Source: Blastocystis sp. Blastoise (taxonomy: Eukaryota; Protista; Bigyra: Opalinata). From it: 64,000 nt of DNA. This document shows positions 32,720 to 57,892 of the stretch, one piece after another; the first letter of the stretch is position 1, and each line of letters opens with the position of its first letter. The stretch covers positions 186,001 through 250,000 of the forward strand of contig JBBPEB010000013.1 of the NCBI GenBank assembly GCA_039096225.1, written 5' to 3'. The translations under genes were made by a program, and so were the position numbers. Under the pieces are notes generated by a model. It saw only the letters and a program-made list of their open reading frames with translations. It made no database searches and was not told where the DNA came from.

Positions 32720-35700
32720 TTACCAAGTATCTAATTGAGCAATCTTTTGAAGTTCAGCAACTTTCCATTCCATTTGAAATGATTCTTCATTTAATTCTTG
32801 ATGAAGAGCAAACATATAATAACTATAAAATATAAAGGGTTATAAAATATATAGGGTTTTAATAATATACATAATAATAAGTATTATGTATATAATATTA
32901 ATAAGTATAATAAACATAATAATAATAAGTATATATATAATAATCATAATAAAATTAATAAGTATAATAATAATAAACATAATAATAATAATAACTATAT
33001 ACGTGTTTTTGACTTCATCTGGTTTGCCTTCTACAATAGTACCTTCCTTGTTACGAACACAATAAATTTGGTGGACAGAACATTGATATAAGAAATAAGG
33101 ATTTTCTCTTTCTTTTACTTGAGCACCCTTCATATAGATATATTATTATAAACAATACCATTATTATTAAAATAAAAGAGAAGATAATAGTTATAAAATA
33201 TTAATAGTTTACTAATAGAATAGTATTCTATTTATAATAATAAAGATATATAACAAATAATATGAATTTATATATTATTATCATCAAGAAAACTATTAAT
33301 AATTAATATTAATATTAATATATATATATATACCACAAATTCAAGTTGTTTAATAGCTAAGATAGTAGGATCTTCAATAAGATTATTTTGTTCCTTATAA
33401 TCAATAACTTGATTACATTGAGCCCAACTATATATTTATATTATAATTAAATAATAATTCAATAATAATATTTATATAATAATAATAATAATAATAATAA
33501 TATATAACATACGCATGTTCCGATAAGACGTTCTTTAATACTTTCTTATCTCCTTTCATAAAAGCTTCCATCAACTTAGGAATAGTTTCTCGTTGTAATT
33601 CGTCACGTAATTCGTACTCTGTGAAGGAGGGATCCGTACGTTGTACTTGTTTAACGGCTTTCACAATATCTGTTTCACTGAATATTTCATCATATACAGT
33701 AGCAGCCTTATATACAAGAGGATGTTGAGATGTCTCCCATTTCTCACGCATATCCTCAGAAGCATAACTTATTGTCTCTCCTATCTTACTATCACGTACC
33801 TATATACATATATTATATTATATTATATTATATTATATTATATTATATTATATTATATTATATTATATTATATTATATTATATTATATTATATATAGAAT
33901 AAAAATAAAAATCAAAATACCTAAAACATTAGATATTAATGTATATATAAAGAATAATATATATAATAGAATAAGTATAATATTATAAACATATACTTTC
34001 TTTGAAGCCTCACGGATACTATCAATAATAGGTGCATTCTCTAATACAGCATTGATCTTTGCCCAAATATTTTCGTTACCTTCCGATACAACTAGATCTG
34101 TACGAAGAGGAGTTCCGTTCTTTAATGCTTCTTCTTTAAGACGGTCAGCTTCTATATATATATATATATATAAATTGATTTTATTCTTCTTATAGAATTG
34201 TTATACTATAATAATTAATAAATATTGACATAATATTATTATTTATAATACAATAATATATATATATCATGTAAACTAATAAATATCATTAAGAATAATA
34301 ATTTAAAAACAGTATATATATATATACCTTCTTGTCTTTCTTTTTGTTCTCTACGTAATCTTTCTACCTCTTCAGGATCTATTACAACTCTCTTCTTAAT
34401 CTTTTTCCCTGTTTTCAACTCAATCCAAGCATCACTAAACCATTTCTTCATATACTCCACTGTAAATACATTCTTCTATATATAATAGAATAATAGAATA
34501 ATATAACATAATAGAATATAATATAATAGAATAATAGAATAATAGAATAATATAACATAATATAATAATAATATAATAATAGAATAATAGAATAATATAT
34601 ACAATATTATAATAATAAAGAATAATATAATATAATATAAATTTCATACCATATTTCCTTTCTTATGAGCTAAATAGTTCTTTAATTCTTCTTTACTCTT
34701 TGAAAATCTCTCTGCTTTTATCTTTTGTTTGGCTTCTTTTATAGCTTCTTCTTCTTCTAATTCTTCTAAACTCTCTATATCTTCATATTCTTTAGATTTC
34801 TCATTTACTTTTTCTTCTTTTCCATTTACTTTTTCTTCTTTCTCTACTACTTTTTCTTTCTTTTCAACGATTTTTTCTTTCTTTTCAACGACTTGTTCTT
34901 TCATTTGACTCATTTTTTCTTTCATTTCAGCTATTTTTCCTTTTTTATTCAATTTTTCTTCTTTTTTCTTAGTAGCTACAGTTTCCTTTGCAGGCTTCTT
35001 TGTAGTATCAATACCTACTTCCTTTTTCATCTAGAAGAAGAAGAAACAGATAATTATGAATTATTAGATCAAAAATGATTATTAGTATTCGTTCTTAATG
35101 AACATAAAATAATGAGTTAATTATATTGAAAAAAAAATAAAATATTAATTTATATAAAACATAATAATTATTATAATATAATAAAGAAATAACTTTAAAT
35201 AATACAATATAGAATACCTATTATATAGAATAAAAGAGTAATATATATATACTTGAGAAGAGAATTCATTCCAAAAAGAAGAAGCTTTCTTTTTCATTTC
35301 TTTTTCTTTTTCTTTCATTTCTTTCATCTTCTTTTTTTTCTCTTCAGCATCTTTAGCTTTCTTTTCAGCATCTTTAGCTTTCTTTTCAGCATCTTTAGCT
35401 TTTTTTTCAGCATCTTCAGCTTTCTTTTCAGAAGAATTAGTGTTTGATTCAGGATTTGATGTAGTTTCTTCTACATGTTCACTAGAAGTCTCAGAAGAAG
35501 CAGCTTCAGGATTTGATTCAGTTTCTGACTTCGCTTTCTGTATCTCTTCTTGTAGATTCTTCTTGAAATCACTGTAAAAACCAAATTGTCGAACATTAGG
35601 AACAGCAAGAACACTCATCTGAGGTAATACTCTAGCATATTGAGGACTATTAAGTAAAGAAGCGCTTCTTACAGCAGATCTTATGACGGATTCTTTATAT

Positions 35701-35726
35701 AAACTTTTTAAAGCTATACGATACAT
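32720..35726 (-). CDS. TIM44: Mitochondrial import inner membrane translocase subunit TIM44
   Basis: Arg/Ser-rich presequence, REKWETSQHPLVY, DPSFTE, HQIYCVRNKEGTIVEGKPDEV, WKVAE; stop at 32720-32722. Confidence 0.9.
35338..35430 (-). repeat. Coding 21-bp tandem repeat (EKKAKDA)x4 in the TIM44 N-terminal region
   Basis: Repeated ttcagcatctttagctttc units. Confidence 0.85.
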
Positions 35727-36617
35727 AGTTACTCTATAAAAGAAAGCACAAAATTAAGAATTCTTACATTAACTAGAGAAATACGAAATGGAAAATTCCC
35801 TTTTTCCAAAAATAAAATTCTCTTGTTTAATTTTTATGTTTGTTTTCATTTATAAAATCATCTTATTCTTCATGAATAATAAATCATATTCTGTATAAAC
35901 TAGAAAAATAGACTTTAGAAGAGTTATTTCACCTAAAATACTATTCTTTTAATGTTTCTAAATACAATTGAACTTTCTTTTTATCATTAGTTTCGGCTTT
36001 ATGTATATTATTGAATTCTATAATCTATTTGAAATGATGAGAATATTTGTGTATTCGTTATAAACCTAATTATTATAATGAATATACTAATTCTTCTACA
36101 AGTCGATGTTCTTTCAGTATTCATGTCATATCACTCATTCTTTGAGTATCAGTAGAGTATGATAAGTCTATATTCTACATAATCAAATGGAATACGTTTT
36201 TGTAAATGAGTTTTTTTTTGAAATTAGAAATGAATACTAGTAATCACATGAATTGAAATACATTAGATTTGTTTAGAAACATGATTAGTGATTTATAGAT
36301 CTAATGAATGAATACATGCAAGAATTTATAATGTAAATTCAGATAATAAATAATAGAGAACAAATACTATATAGAATTTCTTTATATCTTTATGAAATCA
36401 TAACAATATACAATATTTACAGAACTATAGGTATTCTAAGTGATATATTGTAACTATAAGTAAATAATAAATAGCATAAGAAATAAAAATAGATATAGAT
36501 ATATAGAAAACGAGAAACTGATGAAGAAAAATAAAACAAAATAACACATAAAAAAACAAATAAAACAAACAATGAAAATAAGATAGAAAAAATAATAATA
36601 ATATAAATTATTTATTT

Positions 36618-40198
<3,581 letters not shown>

Positions 40199-40986
40199 CC
40201 TACCAACTCAAACTATTTATTTTTCAATTAGACAGAGAATATCTCTATTGAAATAAACTGGTTGAAATTCGATCTTTTTCAATTCTTCACTTGAGAAACA
40301 AAAATAAATATTCACGGGAATTCTGGTTTCTACAGCTTTTATTTTTCAATTTCCATCTAGTAATAGTTTTCAAGTACCCCTTTTTTAAAGAGTACTCGAA
40401 ATCAATTATTATATAATGTATACTTTATTATTCTCAAGATTACACATATAATTTCTGTAATGTTATAAAGAAGGAATTTTTATTAGAAATGTAGCAATTG
40501 TTGTATTCTTATTGATAGTCACCGCTTTATTAATGCTATTTTTCAAGATAAAAAAGTATTTTTAAATGTATAAAACTTTTTATGAAAGAGAAAAACTAGT
40601 ATATTCATTTATGACAGTTGAATTAATCTTTGAATGAATAGTTTGTATTGCTCACTAAATTATATAGTTCATAATGAATACAAAATGAATTTTTATTTCA
40701 TTAATAAATGAATTAAAAAAATCTGAAACAGTTTTATTCTTTCGTATTTAATTTTTTAATTTATTTATCTATTCCAACTTCTAAATTCATTTGAAAAACA
40801 TGTATGAGTTTAATTAGTGTTGTTTGTTTTTAAAATGATATTATATATATATATATTAAACAAATATATAATAATATAGAATAAAATATAAAATAAAAAA
40901 AGTAGTGTGATTCAGGTTTTCTATGGAAACATCGAAACATATCGATATATAGGGGAGTTATGGGGACTTTTGGAGCGAAGTGAAGA

Positions 40987-40998
40987 ATCACGGGAATT
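40987..40998 (+). promoter_or_regulatory. Candidate cis-element ATCACGGGAATT about 85 bp upstream of the Trf4-like ATG
   Basis: Same or near-identical 12-mer upstream of other genes at 40311, 53423 (reverse) and 7806. Confidence 0.45.
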
Positions 40999-41081
40999 TA
41001 GAGATATATACTAGAAAAATACACTTTTGTTTTGTAATGATACTACAAGGATTTCTTTTTCTATAAAACGATATAAACAGG

Positions 41082-43451
<2,370 letters not shown>

Positions 43452-44038
43452 TTCTCTATCTATTATGTATCACTTTATTACGTACTTGCTTTTTATCCTG
43501 TTATTTCATTTCATATTTCTGTATTTTATGTATATATATATATATCTACTCTAAATATTCTTTTCTCTTTTTTTAATGCAGTCTCTCTTTTTATTATACT
43601 TTTATTTTTATTATATCTATTTATATGTGTAAATTAGTCATATTCAACAGTTTTATTGCTGTTTTTTGTAGTTTCTTTTGTTTACTTATTGAATCAATTT
43701 ATATGTATATATATTTCTTAAGCATATCATCATTCAATTATGAATAGTTATCATAACTTTTTTTTTTCACTTTTTATTATTTGTTTATCAATTACATTTC
43801 TTTATTTGGAGTAAATATTAATAGAAATCTAATTATTTTTCACAACTCAACCAATATATATTCATCAATTATGAATTATATATGTTATTATGTAGTAACT
43901 AAATAATATTTACAAAACAAATATATAACAAAGATTGTATGACAAGACATAATAAACCATACTTTAAATAATAACTTTTATATAAATAGAAAAAACTAAT
44001 AACAAAGCCCAATTGAATAGTCATATATATATATATAT

Positions 44039-45070
44039 TTATTGTTTTTGTAAGACAGTATATCCCGTTTTTGATATAGGATCAACGTAACTATATATAT
44101 TATTCGTATAATAATATATATAATGTTGAATATATTATGAATATTGAATGCTTATATAATGAATAATAATAAATAATAAGAATACTTATATAATAAATAA
44201 TTAGAATAAGAATAAAAATAATATTAATTTGAATGATAAGAAAACATTTCTTTTTATATACTTTTGAATAACAGAAAACCTCTTATAATTATCTTCAGTT
44301 TCAACGGCCCACATTAAATTTGAATGACGACGAATTAGTATCCCGCCGGCGGGAAGACGAGTAGTAGCGTATATTTATAAAGGAACACTTTCTATTATTA
44401 TTATTATGTTGATTATACTATTATTTATATTATGATTTTGATTATATATTCATAACTAAATAACTAAATAAATATATAAATAATAAATAGTTCAAATAAC
44501 TATAAAGGATATAATTGCTAGTATTTTGTGGAAACAGGGTACATCAGCGATAATCACGGTAACGCGTCCATGGACCTTAGTACCCCCTCTAAAGGGACTA
44601 TTCATATAATGGAGATATCGTGCACAATCGTTTGCCACTTTATCCGTATAACTAAAGAAAACAAATTATATTATATTATATTATTTTATATTATATTATA
44701 TTATATTATATTATATTATATTATATTATATTATATTATATTATATTATATTATATTATATTATATTATATTATATTATATTATATTATATTATATTATA
44801 TTATATTATATTATATTATATTATATTATATTATATTATATTATATTATATTATATTATATTATATTATATTATATTATATTATATTATATTATATTATA
44901 TTATATTATATTATATTATATTATATTATATATATATAATCAAGTTTTGCAGTGATTATATTATTTGAAGTATTATTATCTCGTTGAGCATTTCTATATA
45001 AATATATACAAATAAATGATAATAAAAAAATAAATACATATAAATAAGTATAAATAAACAAATAAACAAA

Positions 45071-45101
<31 letters not shown>

Positions 45102-45812
45102 ACAAATAAAAAAAAATATATATATATATATACAGATTCCAATGATCATAAGCATAATAATGTACGGTAGCATTCGTTCCCGCCAAACTATCCCGCGCAT
45201 TACTACGAATATACCATACAACATCTATTTATATAAATCAATTAATTAATAATATCATATATATAAATAATAAATAATAAATAATAAATAATAAATATAT
45301 ATAATTACGTCGATCATGAACATAGGATAATAAGAATTTCTTCTCCCCCGCGGTTATTTCATCATCATATATAGATACAGGAAGACAATCGATCGAATTA
45401 TCATTATATCGATCTATATAGTTATAATTAACAATATAAAAATAGATAATATAGATATAGATAAGAATATATATATGAATATAAATATAAATTTTATTAT
45501 AACTATATATAATTATAGTTTTAGCTATATATAATGATAATATATATATATATATATATATATATAACAATATACATAATGCGTATTCACAAGATCGAAT
45601 AGATTCGTGATCTGTTTTCTTTCCGTATTTTACGCGGTTTAAATGATTATCCAGATGCTTCTGATTCTTTCCCGCGAAACTTCCCGCGGAATCTGTTAAA
45701 TGAATACAAGCAACTAAAGAATATATATAAATATAAATACATAATTATAATTATGTATTCTATATTAAGTCATAATATATCATATAATAGAATTCACTTT
45801 ATACCAAATATC

Positions 45813-45852
<40 letters not shown>

Positions 45853-46148
45853 AGCAAAAGAGATATCTATAGTAGAGACTTGTTCATGATGAAATGTAAA
45901 ATCCATAAGAACTCCGTCGATAGCATTTCGACCAATCAAAAGAGGGGGAAGAACAGTCGTTTTGAAGAAAGAAGCACTGAATATGAAAATATCCTATATA
46001 TATAGTATATATATAATATTCTATAAAGTATATATAGAAAAATATATAGTATATGTACAATTGCTAAAGGTAGAAAGAATCCATTTTGCTGTTCTATAGT
46101 ATCTAAATATGTATCCACATTAAATGTATCTATAGCTATATATATAAT

Positions 46149-46179
<31 letters not shown>

Positions 46180-46256
46180 TATATATACGGTCCATAAGTT
46201 CATCAAATTGCTTGACATTTATACGATGGCTATATAATGCAGCCTATATAATAAAC

Positions 46257-46340
<84 letters not shown>

Positions 46341-46654
46341 TACTGATTTCTTTAATCCAATTTTCATCCAATTTTCTTGTATATAACTCAATCCTTCTAC
46401 GAGATTTCGACCTATAATAATATCACTATTGACATATCCATAGAAATCGGCATGATAATCATGGGAAATTATCTTTAAAAGACCATTTAAGAATACAGTT
46501 CCAAACTTATTAGTTCTATATTCAGGGACTATGATACAGCCAATAGATTGACAGAAATCACTCCATTCAGGGTCATTATTAAAAACAATTAATTTCAATC
46601 CGGGAATACTTGTCCAATGTCTTAACATTACTTTCTGCATTTGTATCTTCTTTT

Positions 46655-46690
<36 letters not shown>

Positions 46691-47341
46691 ATATAATTTT
46701 TAATATATATCTAAACAAACTTTAATTTTTCCAAATGTTGTTGCCATGACAATTATAGGACTATATATATAAAAACTGAATAACAAAGAATATATATATA
46801 CTTTTCTGATACAATTTTTGGTTTTTGAATTTCATTAACTATAATAATAATCATAAACATAGTAATATATAAATACCCTTTGGGGAAACTATAACTGATT
46901 CTTTATGTTCTTCAATAGGTTCAATAGAAATCTTTTCAGAAGACTGTTCGAATTCAGATTCAGTTCTTAAATTGGGTTGTACAATTATATCGTCATGAGT
47001 CTTTGAATGAACCAATAATTTATTATTATTAACGATAGTTTGATTTATAAGATATATATTGGAGTATTCCACGACATCTATAGATTCAAATGCAACAAAT
47101 AAATATAAAATAAACATACTTTTATGTCGATACATTATTGTTTTATCATAATACTATAAATAATTATCAATAGAAATAATATATTTATACTGCTCGAAGT
47201 GAAATCTAAAATATTTATAGAAAACAATCAGAAAAAAGAAATAAAACATACATAATTGTGTGATATGTACATAACTATCATTAAGACTAAAGCAGAGACA
47301 CAATATCTTAATGTAACTTGCATATCTGAATTTTCTAACAT
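44039..47341 (-). CDS. Type II membrane glycosyltransferase-like protein with a C-terminal degenerate SAM-methyltransferase-like domain
   Basis: N-terminal TM (YCVSALVLMIVMYI); TNKFGTVFLNGLL, YGYVNSDIII, IGRNAIDGVLM; C-terminal VIIADVPC..RLPAGGILI; stop at 44039-44041. Confidence 0.6.
44369..44512 (-). other. U12-type (minor spliceosome) AT-AC intron, 144 nt
   Basis: 5' ATATCCTTT, branch site TTCCTTTAT about 9 nt before the terminal AC. Removal gives the open frame FHKILAI|ATTRLPAGG, whereas GT-AG alternatives hit stops. Confidence 0.85.
44666..44930. repeat. (TTATA)n pentanucleotide microsatellite in an intron (a shorter tract lies at ~33810-33895)
   Basis: Directly visible. Confidence 0.95.
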
Positions 47342-48021
47342 ATAAAATATTGGTATATAACAGATATTGTTATTGAGTATTTTGAAAACACAAAATATAT
47401 AATCATGAATATACATTATTTTAAAGTACATTATACGAAATATATATGGGAAAATGAAAATGAAAACAGAAATGAATTTTCTTTTTTATTATTTTCCTGA
47501 ACCTATAACTTATTATTTTTATTGTGAATATATTCTATAATTTGTAAATTATAGTATATGTAAAACCAAAAGCGTGGTCTCGTTGAAAATAATAGTTTGA
47601 TTGCGTTAATATTTATTTCTTATCGTTTAAATATAATGAGGTCATGCATGGTATAGGATAGTAATACTCATAAGATTATTATCATTGTAGAACTATTGAG
47701 GAATTGAAATAAACTTGATCAATTATTCGTAAAATTATTGTTTAGATGGTTGTGTTGTCCATCATTTATATTCCAGGTTGAACTAATATGGGAATAATGA
47801 TAATTATCGTTGTTTCTTTGTTTTTATAACAATCATACTCTCTATTTTTTATTGCTTATATAGCATTAAGCTTTATAATGTTAAATAGAACAAAAAAGTA
47901 TCATTAAATGGATATATATATATGTTAATAAATAGATAAAGAAAAAAAATTCAGAAAAAAAATGGCATTTAAAAGTATATAATACAAATTGTATTATATA
48001 TATATATAATTATATATATGT

Positions 48022-50252
<2,231 letters not shown>

Positions 50253-51437
50253 TATGAAAATATATTATATAAAATATATAAAGAAATAAGTTTTGATAAA
50301 TGGAAAAAAACGATAGAAAAAAACACCACACTTTCAACAAAAAAATGAAATAATCATGATTATCCTATTTTTTATACAGTATTTTTCATTTTTTTTAATC
50401 ATTTTTTTATATAAAATTATTATGAATTATTATGCAAGTAATAAAGACTTTTTGTTAAACTATTTATTATATGAGCTCGCCTCTAGTATATTAATTTGAA
50501 GAACTAGTTTTGATGTTATAACATAATTGAAGACAACACAATTAAAGAGTTTTAATCGCAGAAATGAATAGTTTTATAGATAACAATCAATAATTTTTAT
50601 TATGATTAAAAATTAATAGAAACAATTAATTTTAAAAAGTTGTTACATGTGTTATTAAACCAAAAAGTTGGAAAGAATGAGAAAAAAACAAAGTGCTAAA
50701 CTATATATATATGTGTATAAAATAAGGTTACAGTCATAATTTTAATTTATCACAAAAAAGTTCAAAAGAATTAATTAATTTAGAATTTTAAAAAAATATC
50801 TATGCTACCCAATAAGAAAATAATAAAAAGAAGAAGAATATGGAATAGGAAAAGAAATAGCATGTATATCATAAGATTCTATGAAGTAGAGCTAGACATG
50901 GTTTATAAAAAATAGAAAAAGGATAATAATAAAAAAAAATTGAAAAAAGGATAATTATTATATAAAAAAAGTGTTATGTTTATTGCCATATTATTCGCAA
51001 GTTCACAAGAAAAATGTAAATAATAAATATAATTGATGAAACGGAAAAAAATAAATATTATGAATATTATGATACAAAAAGAAAAGAATATTAATAAATT
51101 ATATTTATAGTCTCATAATATAAGCATATAAATAGAAAAAAGAATAGAAACAAATAAAAATTGTAAAAATTAGAATAGAAACAACATATAAACAAATAAA
51201 AATAAAATATATTTATAACATGATTATAAAAGATAATATAGAAATCCATTTTAGAGAGTTCCATTTGAGAAAATGTGAAAAAGCAATAATTCTCAACAAT
51301 ATATATATATAATAGTATAGATATATGTAAATCAATAAATGTATAGAATATATAATAGAATATATAAAATTATATATATATATATATAATATTATATATT
51401 ACAATTTGATTTATAAATTAAAAAACAAAAAAGATAA

Positions 51438-53187
51438 TTAAATAAAAAAACTGACATTTCTTGCTTGATCTACAGGGAATATGAAATCGGGTGTAGTATA
51501 AGGATATAAACAATCTCTTAATTCTTTCATATTATGTGCGAATTGATAAGTATTAAAAGGAGTTCGATTTTGTTTTAAATATTCATTTGCTAAATCGTTA
51601 TCCATAGGTAATTTCTTAAGACAAAAAAATCTAAATTTATTGACTTCTTCTTCTTGATTTAAAAATGGACAAAAAGAAGGTGATTCATGCATAATATATA
51701 TAGGACCATTAAGAGGTGTAGAAATACGAAAAGCTCTTCCTTCATCACTTTTCCCTTGTACACTATAAAAATTAGCAGAAAATAACTTTGAATTTGCAAA
51801 CCATCTAAATTTAAGTGTATTTGTAGCTAATGCTTTTGGTAAAATACGTTTTAAGGCTAATTGATCATCACCCATTCTTCTGTCATCTAAAGAAGCATAA
51901 AATAAATTACGAAAAAAATGTTTAGTTCTTGGATTCCAATTAAATAGAATAGCATGACCACTACAAAATAATTTATCAACAGTACGTGTTGTACAGGAGA
52001 AATCTACTCCACTAGATTTAAAATAATCTAATATAAGTGTAGCAGCATTAGGTAAACAGAAAGTAGAAGAAGCATCTAAAGCTAATGTTGTTTGAAAAGG
52101 AGTAAAACCATAATATAATAATCGAGTACGAAATTGACGATTGGACGTTTGATAAAAAGAATCAGAAACGCCATGAAATAAATGATGTGGAGGAATAACA
52201 ATGATTTTAATTCGATCTGGAGGGATTATGTCACGTGGATGAGACACCATTATACATACAGTAATCTAAAAAGAAATATTTATAAATATAGTATTTATAA
52301 TTATAATAATCATATATATAATATATATATATATAATACTAAATAAACTATATAAAAGATAACAATAATGAACTATAATAGAAAAACTCCAAGAAAATTA
52401 AATATATATAATATATATAATATATATATAAATATAAATATATATATATACTAATTTATCAACAGAAATCATGTGAACAGCCGTAGTAAATGCTTGATCA
52501 AAAAAACGATCTGCTGAAGTAATATCACTACTATAAGCAAATAATAATACTCCTTGTCCTTTCTTTACACGACTATCTAATGTTTTATAACCAGATTTAT
52601 AAGCATCTTCTACTTGGTAATAATTCTGTTGATCATAATAAAAATCAATAATATCCTATATTCATATGAAAACATAAATTATAATATATATACAATATTA
52701 GACAGATAAACAGAAAAAAAAAAGAAATAATAGTATAAGGTAAGTAATATGAAACAACATATCTAGATAAGAATTTCAGTCATACTTGATATTTCTTGGC
52801 TTTTTCTTCAAGTGCTTCTACTTCTTTTTTTAAATTATTATAATAATAATTCATTTTTGCTATAGACGTTGTATCATTTGGTTCTTGTTTTGACCAAGCA
52901 TATAATTCAATATCTGTACGTAGTGTAGATCCATTATTGTTAATGAATTGAAATATTTGAGAGAAACGATTTGGATTCAATTCCTAAAATTAAAATAAAA
53001 TAATAGAATGATCATAAAAATATCATATATTCATTCGACTATATCCTATATATATAGATACATTGTAAAAAGTTAAAGATCCTTTAGAAATTTTGATATT
53101 AAAAATACTAATCAACATCGAAAGAACAAGAAATCCACCGACTGCAATCAGTACTGTTCGTATTCGAATTCTTATATAGGGTTTCAT
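51438..53187 (-). CDS. Type II membrane protein, putative GT-A glycosyltransferase-like
   Basis: N-terminal TM (TVLIAVGGFLVLSMLISIF) and stem; GQGVLLFAYS, TRLLYYGFTPFQTTLALDAS, SGHAILF, DDQLAL motifs. The 3' end is somewhat uncertain. Confidence 0.55.
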
Positions 53188-54227
53188 GGAATTAAATGGT
53201 TAAAACAGATGAAAAAATTCAATACTTTGGCTATTGAAAAACAAAGATAAGAATCCATGATTTATCTAATTACCTTTAAATGAAGAATCTGATTCTCCAC
53301 AATTATTTACATAAAGAACACTTAGATTTGCTAAATAAACACGATTCTATTCGACAACATGATTTTGATCCTGAAATTATTCCATGATTATTGCTAAAGA
53401 AGAAAAAAACGTTCATTTAAATAATTCCCGTGATTCATTCCATATAATCAATCCAAAAATAATATTTCCCTAGAATTTGTGATTCATATATATATATTTA
53501 TTAAAGAGAGAATCCAAATCTTGTTATATAGAGTTATCGGGCAAATAATTGATAAATAGTTATTTTATGAATCAAATCATTTATTGAAAGAAGTATTAGG
53601 ATATTAACTAAATAATAAAAAACAAAAATAGCCGACATGATAAGATATTTGAGTGGTAAAAAAGACTTTTGATAATTCTATACTATAGAATAGAGTTCCA
53701 GATATGAATATCTTTAATAGTTTTTTCATAGGTTAAAAGATTTGAACAAGTTTTAAAATGAAGAAAAGAAAATAATCGAATTCTGTCATTTTATGCATCC
53801 CAATAAAACCTAGACAATTGTGAGACAGAAGAATCTTTGAATAAGCTAGATTAACAATAAATATTATTCACTAATTATCAACAAGATATTATTTTTATCA
53901 GTTCTTATGATTAATCAATAAATTTTTTTCATTAAAGGTCAACTATTCATGAATCATAAAATATATTGTCTAATCCGTGTACCATGCAATGTTCACCTTG
54001 ATTATTAAAGAAATTATTATACTTATTTTTTGAGAATAAGATATGTAAACTATAATATTAGCATAAACTAATTAATTAAAAAGTTTTTCTTTGGAAAAAC
54101 GAACATAAAAAAAACTCAAAAAAAAAGAAAAAAAAACTGAGAAAAATTCGTGGTTCTTTACGTGTACTTACCTGTTGTACAGAAATAAATTTTTTTATTT
54201 AGTATTTTTTTTGTGTGATCTATACAA

Positions 54228-56708
<2,481 letters not shown>

Positions 56709-57652
56709 ATAACAACAATATATATATATATAACTTATTTTATATACTTATATACATTTATTCATATTTATTATTATTTTTTGTCTTCTTGTTTCTCTAT
56801 TTATTGTTTTCTTCTAGTATATATATAATATATATACTTTAATATTATTTTTTTGTCTATTTTGTGATACCAACGATATTTTTGGTTCATTTACTTTAAT
56901 ATTTATATAATATATTATTACAGTTGACTGTTTTTTCAGTAACTGTACAATTATATATATATATATATATATATATACATAACGTGTAAATCTATATATT
57001 TACTAACTTTTTTTTTGTAAATATTTTTGAATCCTATTTTTAATTTATTATGGATACTCATGTTTTTTATATGTTAATCAATCTTTTTTGTTTTTGTTCT
57101 ATTGTTTATATATAGTTTTGTTATCCAAATAAATAAGTAATAAATATCTTATAGATGTATCAAATCATTATTGCGTATATCAACATATTTTTTGGTTTAA
57201 AATATAATTTTATCTTTTAAATAATTGAATATCAAATATTGATTTCTTTTCACTTTTATAATAAAAATATGCAATCATCATTTAAAATACTCAATGTGCA
57301 ACAAAATTTTTGAATAAAACATTTTCAACATATAAATATATATATATATATGTTTCATTTATAATATCAATCAATAAAATAATATGAAATCAATAAATTT
57401 TTATTTAATTAAATATTTTAATATATATACATACAATATTTAATATAGAACACGTTCAAAACAAATAATACAAATATATAAATAACAATTTAAAAGCTAA
57501 AAACGAAAAATTGAAAAGAAAAAAAGAAATAACATAAAAAAAAGAAATCATAAAAATATTTAAAAAATGTATCAAATGAAATCAATAGTTTATATTATAA
57601 AGAAATAGAATTATTGACATAAAATATAATAAGAATATTAATTATATATATG

Positions 57653-57830
57653 TTAGTTTTCGCTATACATATATAAAGCTCCTTCTAAAACTTGCATATA
57701 TAATTTATTTTTATATTTATATTCTTCTCCATCAATATTAACAACGTTTTCTCCTTCATTATATATAAAGACATCTTTACACTATATATATATATATATA
57801 TATTTGCTAATTGTTATTATATTATTATAA

Positions 57831-57892
<62 letters not shown>

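Noticed and set aside
44374-44395. Apparent in-frame TAA in the glycosyltransferase-like gene
   Set aside because: It lies inside the U12 AT-AC intron; the nearby AG is a decoy acceptor.
54164-54175. TACTTACCTG matching the U1 snRNA 5' end
   Set aside because: No U1 stem-loops or Sm site follow, and it lies about 55 bp before a protein-coding ATG. Likely chance or a promoter word.
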